Positions 9,535 to 19,716 of a stretch of DNA of 64,000 nucleotides are shown here, piece after piece; positions within the stretch are counted from its first letter, which is position 1; every line of letters starts with the position of its first letter. The position numbers were made by a program, and so were the translations under genes. Source of the stretch: Patescibacteria group bacterium (lineage in GTDB: Bacteria; Patescibacteriota; Microgenomatia; UBA8517); contig DATDRP010000001.1 in assembly GCA_035291665.1 (NCBI GenBank), positions 66,569 through 130,568 of the forward strand, given 5' to 3'. The notes beneath the pieces were generated by a model. That model saw nothing but the letters and a program-made list of their open reading frames with translations, did not search any database and was not told the DNA's origin.

Positions 9535-11262
9535 TTAAATTCGGACCTGCAGGTTCCAGAAATGACTATATAAGCTTTTGTCTTTTGCTATTAATTCATT
9601 ATGCGATCCGGCTTCAACAATCCGGCCTTTTTCCAAAACAATAATTTTGTCTACCCGCTGAATGGTTGAGAGTCTGTGGGCGATAATGATTGTTGTTTTG
9701 TTTTTTGCAGCTTTCCAGAAGGCCTCCTGAATGAGCTTTTCAGATTCGGAATCCAGTTGCGATGTCGCTTCGTCAAAAATTATGATTGAAGGATCTGAAA
9801 GAATCATACGTGCGATGGCCAGGCGTTGTTTTTGGCCACCGGAAAGCTTAATACCTCTTTCTCCGACCTGAGTTTTGTATCCTTCCGGGAGTGATGAGAT
9901 AAATTCATGAATGTTTGCGATCCTAGCCGCGGCTTCAATTTCCTGAGTTGATGCTTCGGGTTTTGCATACGAAAGATTGTATAAAATGCTGTTATTAAAA
10001 AGCACCGGTTCTTGAGGAACGACCCCGAAGTGACTCCGGAGTTCTGATTTTTTGAATTGTTTAACATTTATCCCGTCAATTGAAATGGAACCCTTTGCAA
10101 CATCGTAAAACCGAAGCAAAAGTTTTATCAAAGTCGTTTTTCCCGCACCGGACCTGCCGACAAAAGCAACTGATTGTCCTTGCCTTATTCGAAGATTAAT
10201 GTTTTTCAAAGCACTCTTACTTTTCGCATCATAATTAAAATAGACACCCGAAAAATCAATTTCACCCTTCACATCCTTGAGATTCACGCTCTTTGGGGGA
10301 TCAATAATGAGAATTTTATTATCAAGTATCCCGAAATACCTCTCGATATCTGAATAACTTTTTGCAATGTCCCGAAAGCCCCAGACCAATTCAAATAATT
10401 GCGGAAAGAAGCTTTGTAAAAACGATGCTACGAGTACAAAATCACCAATCGAGAAAGTATTTTTGACAGTTTGATTAATCGAATATAAAAGTATCATAAA
10501 CGTGCTCAGATTTATGACCGTACCCATAGCAACATCGAAACCTCTGAATGTATAAACAAACTTCCATACATAGCCTTTCCAAAGTTTTTGTATGCCTACG
10601 AGCCTTTTTTGTTCCCAAATTTCTTTTGCAAAAAGTTTAACCGTCTCAAAATTAATCATATTGTCAACGACGATACTTGAAATATCGTCTTCGGTTTCAT
10701 TGACTTTTTTACGGGCAAGGACATTACCCTTAACAAATATAAAAGTGACGATAGTGGTCAAAATAAAAGTCAGAATGATCATCAAAAATATTGTTTTATC
10801 AAGATTGCTGAAAAAATAAAGGAGAACAAAAAACCTGATGAGAACATCGATAATTCTGTAATGTATCGAAAAATATAAATTCCAGAACGCCCCATCCCCA
10901 CGCTTGATGGCACTTATCAGCGAACCGGAAGATTTTGTTGTATGAAACGCAAAATCCAATTCATGTATATGGGAAAAGACTGTTCTTAAGGCATTTGCAC
11001 CGGCATCGATTGATAGAATGTCGCCAACTTGGAACCTGGCTGTCGATATGATAACAGCAATAAACCGGATCACAAGATATGAAGCCAGAATTGATACAAG
11101 AATACTTTTGTCCAGTGAAGGAATAGCATCAACAAATTTCTTAAAATAATACGGAGACAGGCTTTCAATAATCGGAGTGACTATCAAAAGCAAGACAAAC
11201 AGGATGCTCCAGAATTTCTTCCGGAAGAAAAAGCCATAAAAAGTTTTCAATATCTTTAACAT
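9535..11262 (-). CDS. ABC transporter, fused permease/ATP-binding protein (MsbA/exporter type)
   Basis: Six N-terminal TM helices, then an NBD with Walker A 'GRSGAGKTT', signature 'LSGGQKQRLAIARM', Walker B 'IIIFDEATS' and an H-loop. The ORF is open to 11322; the Met at 11262 is preferred. There is no N-terminal C39 peptidase domain. Confidence 0.85.
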   Translation of the reverse strand: MLKILKTFYGFFFRKKFWSILFVLLLIVTPIIESLSPYYFKKFVDAIPSLDKSILVSILASYLVIRFIAVIISTARFQVGDILSIDAGANALRTVFSHIHELDFAFHTTKSSGSLISAIKRGDGAFWNLYFSIHYRIIDVLIRFFVLLYFFSNLDKTIFLMIILTFILTTIVTFIFVKGNVLARKKVNETEDDISSIVVDNMINFETVKLFAKEIWEQKRLVGIQKLWKGYVWKFVYTFRGFDVAMGTVINLSTFMILLYSINQTVKNTFSIGDFVLVASFLQSFFPQLFELVWGFRDIAKSYSDIERYFGILDNKILIIDPPKSVNLKDVKGEIDFSGVYFNYDAKSKSALKNINLRIRQGQSVAFVGRSGAGKTTLIKLLLRFYDVAKGSISIDGINVKQFKKSELRSHFGVVPQEPVLFNNSILYNLSYAKPEASTQEIEAAARIANIHEFISSLPEGYKTQVGERGIKLSGGQKQRLAIARMILSDPSIIIFDEATSQLDSESEKLIQEAFWKAAKNKTTIIIAHRLSTIQRVDKIIVLEKGRIVEAGSHNELIAKDKSLYSHFWNLQVRI

Positions 11263-11404
11263 ATTCTTTTTTTTGGACGCAAAAAAACATACGAATTTGC
11301 CTGAGAGATTTGATTGTAGCATGAATTATTCGGAGATTTAAATAAGTAAATTGTTTCAGATAGTTTTTGAGTGAAGGTAAGGTAGATGTTGGGGTTATTG
11401 GAGA

Positions 11405-11755
11405 TCACTCAACAGATATCTTTCGAAGATTAAAATCCGGGGGAGTAAGGGGGGTCTTTTTTGTTATGACCTTTATGCCTATGTGATCGATCATCGGGAA
11501 GATTTTTCTTATTTCGTCACGATATTTTTCTGCTAGTTTTCCCGAGTATAAATTATACATTCCGCGTTCGGTATTGGTGCACAACCGGTTTTCATATTCC
11601 TGAACAATATCAAGAATGACATCACCTTTTTCGTTAAACTCTTTTTGCCATTTAACCTCATTTGTTTCGTATTTTGTGTGAAGAGCTGAAAATTCATCAA
11701 AGAGGACTTTGTTGTCTGAGAGCATTTTTTGGACGTATTCTTTGTATTTGACCAT
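11405..11755 (-). CDS. Hypothetical protein
   Basis: A 116-aa product from the Met at 'MVKYKEYV' with no recognised family. Confidence 0.35.
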   Translation of the reverse strand: MVKYKEYVQKMLSDNKVLFDEFSALHTKYETNEVKWQKEFNEKGDVILDIVQEYENRLCTNTERGMYNLYSGKLAEKYRDEIRKIFPMIDHIGIKVITKKTPLTPPDFNLRKISVE

Positions 11756-11863
11756 GATCTTACAAATTTGAATAACAGATATTACAATACAACCCAATAC
11801 TATAACAAATCAATAATTGAAATACTGCTATCGATATCTATATTTTTTTAAGAGGGGAGATTG

Positions 11864-12307
11864 TCATTTTGCCATAGCAATTACGATAGCTCCGACAGAC
11901 ATGAGAATTGCTCCTACGATAACAGCAAAGTTCACTTTTTCCTTCAGGATTATAAACGCTAGTACTATTGTGATAACGAGTGATAATTTATCAATCGGTA
12001 CGACTTTGGAGGCGTCTCCCATCTGAAGCGCCCGGAAATAAAATAACCATGAAAGACCTGTCGCAATTCCGGAAAGAATTAAAAATATCAACGAAAATTT
12101 GGAAATACTCCCAAGCTCTTTGTGAATACCCTGGAAAAAAACTATTCCCCAGGCAAAAATGACAATGACAACTGTTCGTACTGCTGTTGCTAAATTTGAA
12201 TTCACGTCTTTAATACCTATTTTGGCGAGTATTGAAGTCAATGCTGCAAAAATTGCTGATAATATTGCGAATATTAACCACTGCATATTATGCAAAAATA
12301 TTATCAC
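11864..12307 (-). CDS. Small EamA-like (DMT superfamily) membrane protein
   Basis: Four or five TM helices, 'ILSAIFAALTSILAKIGIK', in an EamA-like half-transporter architecture. Confidence 0.55.
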   Translation of the reverse strand: MIIFLHNMQWLIFAILSAIFAALTSILAKIGIKDVNSNLATAVRTVVIVIFAWGIVFFQGIHKELGSISKFSLIFLILSGIATGLSWLFYFRALQMGDASKVVPIDKLSLVITIVLAFIILKEKVNFAVIVGAILMSVGAIVIAMAK

Positions 12308-12813
12308 ATTTTTTGATTAGGCTACACCCTGGTTTGGGTTAGTACCACAAGGTATAAATGGGTTTTATGCGAAATGTTATCCGGACTACAAAAATAATTG
12401 TATGGAAAATGTATGATTCAAAATACAATATCATAATCGATAAACGAATTGTTATTTGAAAATAATATAATGCCCCTGATTGATATCAACGTGTTTAAAA
12501 TAGATACTTGAAAATGAGGTCTGATTTTATTATGGTATTTGAAGGGTTGAAAAAGTTGAAAGAAAATTTTTTTATTGGACTACCCAAACGAAAGGAAAAA
12601 GTACGAACAGGTTTTTGTGAACCTCCGGAAGGCGATCTTCATAATTCATTGGTAGTAAATATCGATTTTGAGTGCAGGCCTTGCGTATTTTTGAGATGCC
12701 ACATGTTTGAAACAAGGTTAGAAAGAGGTGAAATAGTGAATCGGATTTTTATAAATCATCAACCCGAGTATGGTGAGTAATTACCTATAAGAATGTAATT
12801 GAATAATTTATTA

Positions 12814-13197
12814 ATGAAAAAGATTGATGATAGTAAACTAACGGACGAGGAAAAGCGGGTTATTCTTGATAAAGGAACCGAAAAACCATTTACAGGTCAA
12901 TATGACAATTTTTTTAAAGTTGGTGTATACAAGTGTAAACGCTGCGGTGCCAATCTTTACAGGTCCGACGACAAGTTTGAAGCCCACTGCGGATGGCCAA
13001 GCTTTGATCAGGCGATAGAAGGAGCGGTTAAGAGAATTCCTGATCCGGATGGAATCAGAATCGAGATAGTATGTATGAGATGCGGTGCGTACCTTGGACA
13101 CGTCTTCGAAGGCGAGAGCTTAACGGACAGAAATACAAGATATTGTGTAAATTCAATTTCAATGAATTTTGTTCCGGCAAACAAATATGATAAATAA
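12814..13197 (+). CDS. msrB: Peptide-methionine (R)-S-oxide reductase MsrB
   Basis: Two CxxC zinc pairs ('CKRCGANL', 'CMRCGAYL') and the catalytic region 'GHVFEGE'. A TTG at 12799 is an alternative start. Confidence 0.85.
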   Translation: MKKIDDSKLTDEEKRVILDKGTEKPFTGQYDNFFKVGVYKCKRCGANLYRSDDKFEAHCGWPSFDQAIEGAVKRIPDPDGIRIEIVCMRCGAYLGHVFEGESLTDRNTRYCVNSISMNFVPANKYDK

Positions 13198-13717
13198 GGC
13201 TTATTTTGCAGGGGGTTGTTTTTGGTGTGTTGAAGCCGTACTGAAAAATCTGAATGGAGTTGAAAAAGTAACTTCGGGTTATGCCGGAGGATCCATTGAT
13301 AATCCAAACTATGAGCAGGTGAGTTCCGGTACAACCGGACATGTGGAAACGGTTGAAGTGTTGTTTGACCCATCAATAATTTCGTATGAATTACTCTTGG
13401 ATGTTTTTTTCACATCGCATGACCCAACAACAGTAAACCGTCAAGGGTCCGATGTCGGGGAACAATACCGGTCAGTGATTTTTTATATCAATGAAGACCA
13501 AAAAAGAATTTCCGAAGAGTTTATTAATAAACTTGAAAAAGAAAAAGTCTATAATAATACGATAATTACGAGCGTTACAAAACTGATAAAATTTTATCCG
13601 GCTGAAGAATATCACCAAAATTATTACGATAACAATAAATCTGCTCCTTATTGTCAAATTGTAATTAATCCAAAACTTTCAAAAATACGCCAAAAGTTCT
13701 CTGGGTACTTGAAGTAA
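13187..13717 (+). CDS. msrA: Peptide-methionine (S)-S-oxide reductase MsrA
   Basis: Active-site motif 'AYFAGGCFWCVE'. The start overlaps the msrB stop by 11 nt. Confidence 0.85.
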   Translation: MINKAYFAGGCFWCVEAVLKNLNGVEKVTSGYAGGSIDNPNYEQVSSGTTGHVETVEVLFDPSIISYELLLDVFFTSHDPTTVNRQGSDVGEQYRSVIFYINEDQKRISEEFINKLEKEKVYNNTIITSVTKLIKFYPAEEYHQNYYDNNKSAPYCQIVINPKLSKIRQKFSGYLK

Positions 13718-13797
13718 GGTTGTCATATTTTCCCTCTTTTATATTTTCAATTCTTCTTGTAATTGATAAATAGAGTTTTATTCAATACAATACCCAA

Positions 13798-14034
13798 ATG
13801 ATAGAATTTAAACCGGAATTAGTTGTGCTTGAAGATATTGATATCGAATCCTCATCGGTTGGAAGTGCCCACGCGGATGGAGGAGTGGTTGTCTATTCCG
13901 AATCTTACAGCTGTTTGGGTGCGTCCTTTGGCTGGGTCAGAATTTGTAAAAGTAGGCTTCCCTCCAATTGTCACCGCTGTTTAAAACCCGTTCATGGAGA
14001 ATGTGAAGCGCCTGCATCTGAAATATTAAAATAA
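13798..14034 (+). CDS. Candidate small Cys-rich peptide (78 aa) with an acidic leader ending in Gly-Gly
   Basis: 'MIEFKPELVVLEDIDIESSSVGSAHADGG' is followed by a five-Cys C-terminal half. The tract is GC-elevated and lacks an SD, so it may instead be non-coding. Confidence 0.25.
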   Translation: MIEFKPELVVLEDIDIESSSVGSAHADGGVVVYSESYSCLGASFGWVRICKSRLPSNCHRCLKPVHGECEAPASEILK

Positions 14035-14060
14035 CCAAGTCTTGGTATAATAAGTCCTGT

Positions 14061-14531
14061 ATGTTAAAGGCACTTCTTTTTGATTTGTCGTATACACTTT
14101 TGTTTCCACGAGACAAAACGTATCATGAGGAGTTAAATAAACTTCATAAAGAGCTTAAGGGTAGTCCCACCTACATTCCTTCGGAATATTATTATCTTGA
14201 TTATGAGATTTTAGAATTTTTGAAGTCTTTTAAGGGAAATTATAAATTCTATATCTTCACATCGGGAAGTATCCAAAACATTCCAGAGTTTCATGCGAAA
14301 TTAAAAGATGTTTTCAATGAAATATTTTCTGCTGGTGAAATGGGGTTATCCAAGAAGGATCCGGAAGCCTATAAAACAATTTCAAAAGCTTTGAAAGTTG
14401 AACCGGCAGAATTACTCTTCATAGATGATATTGACCTAAACTGTAAAGCAGCAGCAGCCGCCGGATTAAAAACTTATCAATATCAAAATACGAATGAATT
14501 AATTGAGTTTTTGAATAATCTTAAGGATTAG
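14061..14531 (+). CDS. HAD-like hydrolase with a degenerate motif I
   Basis: 'LLFDLSYTLL' is motif I as D-x-S, and 'LFIDDIDLN' is motif IV. Confidence 0.55.
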   Translation: MLKALLFDLSYTLLFPRDKTYHEELNKLHKELKGSPTYIPSEYYYLDYEILEFLKSFKGNYKFYIFTSGSIQNIPEFHAKLKDVFNEIFSAGEMGLSKKDPEAYKTISKALKVEPAELLFIDDIDLNCKAAAAAGLKTYQYQNTNELIEFLNNLKD

Positions 14532-14543
14532 AAAAAGTATTAT

Positions 14544-15089
14544 ATGAGACGGATCGGAGTGCTGATACTAATATTATTTTGTGTAATCGGGATTGAAGTG
14601 TTTCTGATAAGAGATATAGATAAAGGCAGCGATGTTCTAGGAATGGACGCAGTCATACCTACTCCAACTGTTACTCCGGTTCCATCCACAACACCAACGC
14701 CACTTCCTTCGATGACGCCAACACCCATCCCCACCAAGACTCCAAAACCTACTATTATTCCGACGCCTTTTCCGACAATAATTCCTCAACCAGCGTATAC
14801 CTCGCAACAAATTAATGAATTAATTGAAAGATTTGCTGTCCAATACAATGTTGACCCGAATGTTATACGCCATATTGCAATATGTGAATCGGGGTTCAAC
14901 CCGTCAGCGGTGAACGGTCCGTACGCAGGTTTATTTCAATTCAAAGGCAAAACCTGGAGCAATAGCCGAATACAAATGGGTGAGGACTCTCAACCCGATT
15001 TGAGATTTAACGCGGAAGAAGCAATCCAAACAGGAGCTTATCTTATCTCGCAAGGGAAATTTTATCTTTGGCCGAATTGTAAACCATAA
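14544..15089 (+). CDS. Membrane-anchored transglycosylase-like (Rpf-type) domain protein with a Pro/Thr linker
   Basis: TM anchor, a PT-rich linker, then 'ICESGFNPSAVNGPYAGLFQFKGKTW', which resembles the Rpf/transglycosylase-like domain ('CESGGNW...GLYQF...TW'). Confidence 0.6.
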   Translation: MRRIGVLILILFCVIGIEVFLIRDIDKGSDVLGMDAVIPTPTVTPVPSTTPTPLPSMTPTPIPTKTPKPTIIPTPFPTIIPQPAYTSQQINELIERFAVQYNVDPNVIRHIAICESGFNPSAVNGPYAGLFQFKGKTWSNSRIQMGEDSQPDLRFNAEEAIQTGAYLISQGKFYLWPNCKP

Positions 15090-15187
15090 ACCACTCCCTC
15101 AAATGTAACTCCACTAACGCAACATGTGTGAGTGTGGCTATAGATCCAGATCCTCAAAATGTAATTTAATTATAAAAGAAGGTCTGT

Positions 15188-15640
15188 GTGATTCAAAAAT
15201 ATATAAAAAGCGATATAAAGAAGTTTTTAGAGAGAATTTCTGTGATGTCGATTGCTTTGTGCTTAAAAAAACGACCAATTTCTTCAGTTGTATTGTTTAC
15301 GGTTGATAATGATTTGTCTTTCTATTTTATAACTAAGAAAAATACCTACAAAGCAAAAGCAATAGATGAAAACCCCCAAATGAGTTTATGCGTCTGGAAA
15401 CAGAATGATAAATTGATACAAGCATCTGGGAACATCATTGAACTGGCAGGTGATGATGATTTTGATAAATATTACAAAAGACTTCAAACCATCAACAAAG
15501 AGTTGGGGAATATCTATTGGCCGTATTTAGCCACCAAGGGGAGTGAGGCAATCGTATACAAACTGCTTACGAAGTGGTTGCGGGTCATGGACTTAACCTA
15601 TAAGGGTAGTGATTCTCCCTTTTACAACATGGAATTCTAA
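15188..15640 (+). CDS. Pyridoxamine-5'-phosphate-oxidase-like (split-barrel) family protein
   Basis: 'VVLFTVDNDLSFYFITKKNTYKAKAIDENPQMSLCVW' fits the PNPOx-like pattern. The start may be at 15245. Confidence 0.4.
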   Translation: MIQKYIKSDIKKFLERISVMSIALCLKKRPISSVVLFTVDNDLSFYFITKKNTYKAKAIDENPQMSLCVWKQNDKLIQASGNIIELAGDDDFDKYYKRLQTINKELGNIYWPYLATKGSEAIVYKLLTKWLRVMDLTYKGSDSPFYNMEF

Positions 15641-15666
15641 TTTTCTCACCCTTCCGTAAATATCAT

Positions 15667-17130
15667 TTACTTTTGAGTTGAAAGCGGAAGACTTACTGTA
15701 AAGGATGATCCTTTTCCAATCTTACTGGTCAGAGTAATGTCTCCATCGTGTGCGTTTATAATTTGTTTAGCGATGAAAAGACCCACTCCCAATCCTTTGT
15801 TATTTGAATTGTTGTTGATTCTATTGAAAGGTGCAAATATTTTATCATGAAATTCTTTGGGGATGCCTTGACCGCTGTCTTTTATCCTAAAAACGGCGAA
15901 ATCATTATGTCTATAGACTGAAATGATAACCCGGGAATGCGGTGCATGACGGAGCGCATTCATAAATAAATTTGTCAGAGCCTGTTCAATTCTCACCGCA
16001 TCCCATGAGCCGATTATTTCGGAATCAGATATTTTTGCTACTACTGTGCAGCCGGAGAGCTTTATTTCGACTTCGTATTTATGAATTAAATCACTAACTA
16101 GTTTTGTCAAATCAACTTTTTCCTTACTTAATGTCAGCTTGTGCGTGCTTGTCAGTGAGACATTTAGCAAGTCTTTAATTAAAACTGATAAGTTTTGGCT
16201 TTGTTTTTCAGCGATTTGAAGTGATTTCAACAAATCACTGCCTGAAAAATCAGCCAGTGTTTGAGAAGAAATTTTTCTTAGTGTAGCTTGAAGCTGAAGA
16301 AGTATTGTAGTCAATGGCGTCTTTAGTTCATGGCTGGCAATTGATAGAAATTCATCCCTGTCTTTCACGGCTTTCTCTGCCAAACTTCTGGCTTTTTTTT
16401 CCTGTTTTATGATATCAACTTTTTCCCTGTCCAGCTCTTTTTGAAATGTTATATCCTGAACACTGCTGACTATTGCCCTTATATCATTGTGTTTCAATAA
16501 ATTTATGGAGTCGAGTTTAGTCCATATATAACCTGTTTCACCTTTTTTAAATCTTAATTCAACAGTTTTCCTCTCACCCGGGTTTTTTAAAACATCATTT
16601 AAGAAGGTCTTATGTTCTTGCACGTCGTCAGGAAATATATAACCATCAAGAGTAGCTCCCGAGGGAATATTATTTTGTAATGAAAGGAGTTCCTTGATTG
16701 ATTCGCTAATAAATATAATTTGCCCCCTTTCATTTTTAAGAATAATTGGTTGAAGACTCAAATTTATAAGACTCTTTAAGTGTGCAACGTATTCAAGGGT
16801 TTTTTCTAAGCGCTTTTGCCTTAAACGTTTAATAAGGAAATAGAATCCGGTTATAACAGATATTAAAATTGCATTTGTAAGATAAGTAGCTCCTTGAACG
16901 TCTCCACTCTTAATAGCTTGATAAATCTGCAGCACAATCGCCACCGATGCGGTAAAGGTACCCGCCAGAAGTGAAAAGAGTTCCCAGACTGCATAAAATA
17001 ATAACATGAATAATATAACAAACAATGGTCCGGAACTGATTGAGGATTGAGTTTGCAGGTAAAAAATACCAAGAACCAATACCAAAATACATGAATAAAC
17101 AAATATGTCTGATTGCGATATTTTTCTCAT
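15667..17130 (-). CDS. Sensor histidine kinase (two TM helices, PAS-like region, HisKA, HATPase_c)
   Basis: H-box 'SHELKTPLTTI' and the G-boxes 'DSGQGIP' and 'GLGVGL'. Confidence 0.85.
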   Translation of the reverse strand: MRKISQSDIFVYSCILVLVLGIFYLQTQSSISSGPLFVILFMLLFYAVWELFSLLAGTFTASVAIVLQIYQAIKSGDVQGATYLTNAILISVITGFYFLIKRLRQKRLEKTLEYVAHLKSLINLSLQPIILKNERGQIIFISESIKELLSLQNNIPSGATLDGYIFPDDVQEHKTFLNDVLKNPGERKTVELRFKKGETGYIWTKLDSINLLKHNDIRAIVSSVQDITFQKELDREKVDIIKQEKKARSLAEKAVKDRDEFLSIASHELKTPLTTILLQLQATLRKISSQTLADFSGSDLLKSLQIAEKQSQNLSVLIKDLLNVSLTSTHKLTLSKEKVDLTKLVSDLIHKYEVEIKLSGCTVVAKISDSEIIGSWDAVRIEQALTNLFMNALRHAPHSRVIISVYRHNDFAVFRIKDSGQGIPKEFHDKIFAPFNRINNNSNNKGLGVGLFIAKQIINAHDGDITLTSKIGKGSSFTVSLPLSTQK

Positions 17131-17164
17131 TAGAAAACGTAAGCGAATTAAGTTTTAAGAGTAA

Positions 17165-17836
17165 TTATTCTTCAATTAAGTAACCAAAACCTCTTCTATT
17201 TTTTATTAGTTTTTTTGGAAATCCGCTGTCTATTTTTCTTCGTAAATAACCGATGTATACATCCACAACCCGACTTTCGACTTCGGACGAATAATCCCAG
17301 ATGTGATTCAGGATCATATCCCTCGTAAGAACGATTCCTTTATTTTCGAGTAAATATCGCAATAAATCGTACTCTGTTTTTGTTAATTTGATTTTACGTT
17401 TGGATCTTTTCGCAATCATTTTAGAGAGATCTAAAACCAAATCTCCCGCAGTTAAGAGAGGATTATTTAATTTGCGTGTTTTTATCCTGGCATTAATTCT
17501 TGCCAATAGTTCTTCAACGGAAAAAGGTTTAGGAAGATAGTCGTCTGCGCCAAGGTTGAGTCCTTCAGCAATTTCTTGAGGCTTTGATTTAGCCGTTAAT
17601 ATAACGACTGCCAAATGAGGGTAGTCTACACGGACTTTCTTCAGAACATCTTCCCCCTGTATATCAGGTAGTCCCAAATCCAAAAGCACTAAATTGGGTT
17701 GAAGTTTTTCAATTTTTCTCAAAGCTTCGGAACCGCTTGAACACGTATCAACTATGAATCCTTCGTTTCGAATAAAATCACATAAAGTTTTTTGTAAATC
17801 AATATCGTCTTCGACGATCAATATTTTTGTTGACAT
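17165..17836 (-). CDS. OmpR-family response regulator
   Basis: Receiver 'KILIVEDDIDL...LLDLGLPD' and a winged-helix C-terminus 'LTKTEYDLLRYL...RRGFGY'. Confidence 0.9.
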   Translation of the reverse strand: MSTKILIVEDDIDLQKTLCDFIRNEGFIVDTCSSGSEALRKIEKLQPNLVLLDLGLPDIQGEDVLKKVRVDYPHLAVVILTAKSKPQEIAEGLNLGADDYLPKPFSVEELLARINARIKTRKLNNPLLTAGDLVLDLSKMIAKRSKRKIKLTKTEYDLLRYLLENKGIVLTRDMILNHIWDYSSEVESRVVDVYIGYLRRKIDSGFPKKLIKNRRGFGYLIEE

Positions 17837-17972
17837 GTTTAATTATCTCATACGCGTAAAGACTGTAATTCTTACAATATTTTGGTTTTTATACTTAAGA
17901 TTTTTATCTAAATTATTATTAATATGAAAATTTTAAATTATTGGATAACTACTCAAAGAAAACCTGAAGGGG

Positions 17973-18287
17973 GTGATAAATATGATCTTTGAAACGGCTT
18001 TATTATTTTCCGCTTTGTATACACTCTTTTATCTTGGAGGACAGATTGATATTTCATTCATGGAGGAGGATGCGTACAAGTACTGGAAAGGTATTGATAG
18101 AAATGCCAAATCAAGAATAAAAGAAGGATTCAAAAAGTATTTCGGAAATTCGTTAAAAAAATCAGATGACATTACAGGCGGTGGTGGAGACGGTTGGGGA
18201 GATGAATTTACCGAAGAGGGCGCTACTCGATTTCCCGGAAAGCCAGTGGCGCCCGCATCTCCTTTCCTAAGACAAATTAAAAATTAA
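17973..18287 (+). CDS. Hypothetical small membrane protein
   Basis: N-terminal TM helix and a Gly-rich tail; divergent from the response-regulator gene. Confidence 0.3.
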   Translation: MINMIFETALLFSALYTLFYLGGQIDISFMEEDAYKYWKGIDRNAKSRIKEGFKKYFGNSLKKSDDITGGGGDGWGDEFTEEGATRFPGKPVAPASPFLRQIKN

Positions 18288-18318
18288 TCAGACTATAACT
18301 AATTCAGCTTAAATAACT

Positions 18319-19716
18319 ATGCTATTTCCATTATTAACAGTTTTTGATTTTTCAACAGTCAGGGCGAATTTTATTCGTCCGATAAATTTGAAAAAAATTC
18401 AAGCGAGATCTAATGATTTTGCATTATTAGTACCTATTTTTAACGACACGAAATATTTGACAAATGTAGAATTTTTAAGACTTTACTCAGACAGAGTCGT
18501 ATTGTGTACAACAACCAATGAGACTCCTGAATTTATGAATGATCTTCAAAATCTATCGAATAGATTTGGTTTCAGGATTTACCGCTGCGATGTTGGGATC
18601 GGAAAAAAGAATCCGTGGGCAATATACAATAAAACTCTTCTTGCTCATGATGCGGTTTTGAAAAGTACAATAGGACAGCTCAATGAAAAATATGTAATCT
18701 TTATTGATGGGGACACATTTGTTGACGGATCCTTAAGTCTTCTTTGCGGTGCGATGGACGAGAACAATTTTGATTTGGCATCTGTGAAGGTATTGCCTTC
18801 AAAACGAAATACCGTTATGGAGCATTTGCAGGGAGTTGAATACGATATAGCTATGCAGGCAAGGCTTATTTATCCATGGCTTACAAGCGGCGCCGGTATG
18901 GTAGCCAAACGCAGCGTGATGATTTCAATAATGAGAAATCATTCACTATTTTTTAATGGCGGAGACGTTGAAATCGGCCGGCTGGCAGACATGATGGGGT
19001 ATAACATCGGTCACATCCCCATGCCTTTTTATACTGATGTTCCTTCCACTTTTACCGGTTGGGTTAAACAAAGATTCTCGTGGATGTGCGGAATGTTCCG
19101 GCATTCCATAATTAATATCGACCACAATTTAAGGCATCCTTTTCATTTTATTTATTACACTTTTATAATCTATTTCCTAATCCCGTTTAAATTATTCGAA
19201 CTTCTGACAAAACCCCATTTGATACCTCTCATTATGGCTGTATATTTTTTAATTACCTTTATAGCTAATTGGAAAGTAAAAAGCAGATGGATGCTTCTTT
19301 TTCCATTTTATGCGCTTTTCCAAATCATTATTATTATCTGGTTTGGAATATATCGGTATCTAACAACCGTTATAAAATCCAGAAATGTCGGAAAAATCAG
19401 AATGCAGTATAACCCAAATAGTGTGAGTGCATTGGATTATTCGCATTTAACAAAATCATTAAAAAATTATGCAACGATCTCTCTTGCAGTATTTGTTATT
19501 TGTGCCACAAACGTATCATTTTTTCAAAGAATAGTTTTTGGAAAGGACTACGAGGTAATAGAACTAGCACAGGCAATAAGTCTTAATTTGACCAAAAACG
19601 TTGAAAAAATAGGTACCAATATAGCTATGGACACGGAGGGGTGGGGTGATCCGGCGGTTATTCCCCAAGTTGCCGGAGCATCTGCCGAATCAAATGAACA
19701 AACGATTGAAGAATAA
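18319..19716 (+). CDS. Family-2 glycosyltransferase with a C-terminal membrane domain (processive, synthase-like)
   Basis: DxD motif 'FIDGDTFVDG', a QxxRW-like 'QRFSWMCG', and C-terminal TM helices. Confidence 0.7.
   Translation: MLFPLLTVFDFSTVRANFIRPINLKKIQARSNDFALLVPIFNDTKYLTNVEFLRLYSDRVVLCTTTNETPEFMNDLQNLSNRFGFRIYRCDVGIGKKNPWAIYNKTLLAHDAVLKSTIGQLNEKYVIFIDGDTFVDGSLSLLCGAMDENNFDLASVKVLPSKRNTVMEHLQGVEYDIAMQARLIYPWLTSGAGMVAKRSVMISIMRNHSLFFNGGDVEIGRLADMMGYNIGHIPMPFYTDVPSTFTGWVKQRFSWMCGMFRHSIINIDHNLRHPFHFIYYTFIIYFLIPFKLFELLTKPHLIPLIMAVYFLITFIANWKVKSRWMLLFPFYALFQIIIIIWFGIYRYLTTVIKSRNVGKIRMQYNPNSVSALDYSHLTKSLKNYATISLAVFVICATNVSFFQRIVFGKDYEVIELAQAISLNLTKNVEKIGTNIAMDTEGWGDPAVIPQVAGASAESNEQTIEE

Noticed and set aside
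12320-12350. 'GGCTACACCCT' shared with the 97-bp repeat at 34000 and 35585
   Set aside because: Only 11 nt match and the flanks differ, so this is likely chance rather than a third repeat copy.
12508-12780. A 90-aa ORF in the EamA/msrB divergent spacer
   Set aside because: It has no RBS, an odd composition and no motif, and it lies in an AT-rich divergent promoter region. It is probably non-coding.
9535-14034. Possible link between the ABC exporter (9535-11262) and the GG-leader peptide (13798-14034) as a bacteriocin export system
   Set aside because: The transporter has no N-terminal C39 peptidase domain, lies about 2.5 kb away on the opposite strand, and is separated from the peptide by unrelated genes (EamA, msrBA).
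15124-15306. A 60-aa ORF upstream of and overlapping the PNPOx-like gene
   Set aside because: It overlaps the better-supported 15188-15640 frame and has no features.
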